Positions 17,736-19,501 of a stretch of 19,501 bases of DNA are shown here, piece after piece. Positions within the stretch are counted from its first letter, which is position 1, and every line of letters begins with the position of its first letter. The notes beneath the pieces are model-generated. The model searched no databases. It had not been told where the DNA came from and was given only the letters and a program-made list of their open reading frames with translations. Both the position numbers and the translations under genes were made by a program. The DNA is from Rhodospirillales bacterium (GTDB lineage Bacteria > Pseudomonadota > Alphaproteobacteria > Bin95): contig JAYQLI010000029.1 of the NCBI GenBank assembly GCA_038143065.1, positions 1-19,501 on the forward strand. Reading direction: 5' to 3'.

Positions 17736-17905
17736 AGATTAAGTTAATCAAAGATGCAATCATTCACGGCATTCCGTCAAAAGCTGACAGGGTTCATGAG
17801 GTGATTGATAACGTAGCGCAGAAATTAATCAATCGAGGTTATGCCATTCTAGATGATGGTGAGCCTGAAGTAGAACAGGAAGAAGCTGACAATGGCGATT
17901 ACCAC
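17732..17905 (+). CDS. Small head-associated protein (3' end uncertain)
   Basis: MKIKLIKDAIIHG...AQKLINRGYA, similar in pattern to the previous gene; the ORF track fuses it to the next gene, probably through indel errors. Confidence 0.55.
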
Positions 17906-18207
17906 TGGCGAATGACTTGTCATTCATGTTCAGCACTGATGATTTTGCCACTACGGTCACATATCGCCGCAAGCCAGGTTTGGGCGATAGTTCTATTGAT
18001 GGGATATTTTGATAACGAGACAGTTCCGGTTGATGCAGGGGGCATGGCCTTAGTTCATCAGGAGCAGCCTCGATTAACGTGTAAGACAACTGACGTTCCT
18101 TACATCGCAGAAGATGATTACTTCATCATTAATACTGTTGAATATAGAGTTGTGGCTTGGGTTCATGACGGCACTGGCGTAACAACTATACATTTGAAAA
18201 ACAGTAA
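17892..18207 (+). CDS. Head-tail joining protein (lambda gpFII-like), frameshifted
   Basis: PLANDLSFMFSTDDFATTVTY...FDNETVPVDAG...HDGTGVTTIHL; TAATG coupling with the next gene. Confidence 0.7.
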
Positions 18208-18650
18208 TGGCGCACGTTAGACGACAGATTAGAGATAAGGTTGCGTCGATACTTCGAACAAACGTGAGTTTGGTTAAGAAGCGCGTTTATACTACACGGG
18301 TTCACCCACTTAATGAAGAAAATTTGCCTGCTATAAGCGTTTATACAGGTTCGGAATTGGTCCAACGGCTAAATGCTGGTGTGACTGATGTATCTAGGGA
18401 CTTAACATTAGACATTGATATTTATGTGCGAGAGACGCGTAATTTTGATGATGATGTTGATGCTATCGCTGTTCAAATTGAAGAGGCTTTGGCAGATAAT
18501 TTCACCCTAGATGGTTTGGTCAAATATTCTGTTCTAACATCTACAGAAATTAGATTTGACGGTGAGGCTGACCAAATTCTTGGTGTGGCTAAGATGACAT
18601 ACTCTATCAGATATGTTACAGCATTAAATGATGTAGAAGCAGCCAAATAG
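18207..18650 (+). CDS. Tail terminator protein (lambda gpU-like)
   Basis: HVRRQIRD, RVHPL..LPAISVY, DAIAVQIEEAL motifs; synteny. Confidence 0.75.
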   Translation: MAHVRRQIRDKVASILRTNVSLVKKRVYTTRVHPLNEENLPAISVYTGSELVQRLNAGVTDVSRDLTLDIDIYVRETRNFDDDVDAIAVQIEEALADNFTLDGLVKYSVLTSTEIRFDGEADQILGVAKMTYSIRYVTALNDVEAAK

Positions 18651-18662
18651 AAGGAGAACACT

Positions 18663-19069
18663 ATGGCTACTTATTTCGGATCGGACGGGAGCTGCAAGGT
18701 GGTCACTTCTGGTGGCTCTCCTGCTTCTTTGGGTGAACTATTAAGCTGGTCACTAACAATGACAGCCGACACAGTTGACTCAACTACTATGGGGCGACAC
18801 AAACCGCACATACGTTGCCGGATTGGCAACAGGTACAGCAAGCCTATCACTTTACTGGGACCCAGATGACGCAGCTCAGTCTGACCTAGTGCAGCGTGAT
18901 AGCGTTGACGCTGAATTCTACGGTGAAGGTGAAACATCTGGCGATACAAAGTACACTGGTACTTTCATCGTCACATCGGTTGCGCGTGGCTCTACACATG
19001 ATGGTTTAGCGACCCTCGAAGTAGAAATGCAGCTTACTGGTGCGCTTACCGCGAGGTGCGGTTGCCTAA
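18663..19069 (+). CDS. Major tail tube protein (frameshifted)
   Basis: AAGGAG RBS; GELLSWSLTMTADTVDSTTMG-DTNRTYVAGL...YTGTFIVTS...LTGAL. Confidence 0.8.
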
Positions 19070-19408
19070 TGTCTATTACGTCAAAGATTGAGCGGGTTTC
19101 TGGCGAATATAAGACAATGGAAGTCCCTGAGTGGGTGGTCGATGGCAAAGCCACTCAAAATATTCTATACAAATTTGACGGTTGGCGAGAGTAAGAAAAT
19201 CGCCAAGCGTCACCCTAACTTCATGGAAAATATCACCGATTCAGAGGTGCAAGTCTTTATCATCATCAGAAGGCTATGGATGAAAAAGGCGATGCATTGT
19301 TTGATATTGGAGATAAGAACTGGTTTGACAAAGAAGACCCTCTTCTCATTCAGCGTATTGTCGCGCCAATGATTGTTAGTCAGTCTGTGGAGGAGCAGGA
19401 AAAACTAA
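19069..19408 (+). CDS. Tail assembly chaperone (gpG-like), frameshifted by probable errors
   Basis: MSITSKIER..EVPEW..KPLKIFYTNLTVGE..KAMDEKGDALFD..SVEEQEK; follows the tail tube gene. Confidence 0.7.
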
Positions 19409-19501
19409 GGGACGACCCATTCAGAATGAATGTAATTACCCTGGCAGAGAAATTAGGCAAAACGATAGCTGAGATTGATCAAATGCCAATGAGTGAGTAC
19501 A
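19398..19501 (+). CDS. gpT-like extension of the tail chaperone (partial), reached by a probable programmed -1 frameshift
   Basis: GGAAAAAC slippery-like site, then LRDDPFRMNVITLAEKLGKTIAEIDQMPMSEY. Confidence 0.6.

Noticed and set aside
17732-18220. 162-aa ORF as a single protein
   Set aside because: It appears to be an error-induced fusion of a small head protein and the gpFII-like gene; its middle part reads sensibly only in another frame
2362-19408. More than a dozen frameshifts in essential genes (ssb, primase, terL, portal, tail), suggesting pseudogenes or recoding
   Set aside because: They are single-base indels, often in homopolymers, with intact motifs on both sides and no in-frame nonsense decay. 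This fits uncorrected long-read error better than a degraded prophage.

Overview
A 19.5-kb stretch of a lambda-like (cos-type, Nu1/GpA terminase, lambda-family portal) tailed phage genome, probably from an Alphaproteobacteria-infecting phage (inference). From left to right it holds: small leftward genes and a divergent palindromic promoter; an RHH regulator, Holliday junction resolvase, RecE-like exonuclease, SSB and primase-VirE helicase; a PD-(D/E)XK nuclease, an iteron-bearing origin and a PAPS-reductase-family gene; a candidate anti-Shine-Dalgarno sRNA; and a gpZ-like gene bracketed by 21-bp repeats. Next comes a compositionally distinct ~2.1-kb AT-rich operon (Gp88-like Fe-S protein, small ORFans, shared leader motif) ending at a cosQ/cosN-like site, then terminase, head and tail genes. 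Many genes carry 1-nt frameshifts, often at homopolymers, best explained as long-read errors. The most interesting element is the genome-end module 8410-10610 (repeat array, bent-DNA promoter, k-mer-biased operon, cos). It looks like a first-injected anti-defence/takeover cassette with a candidate injection-stop or protein-binding array.
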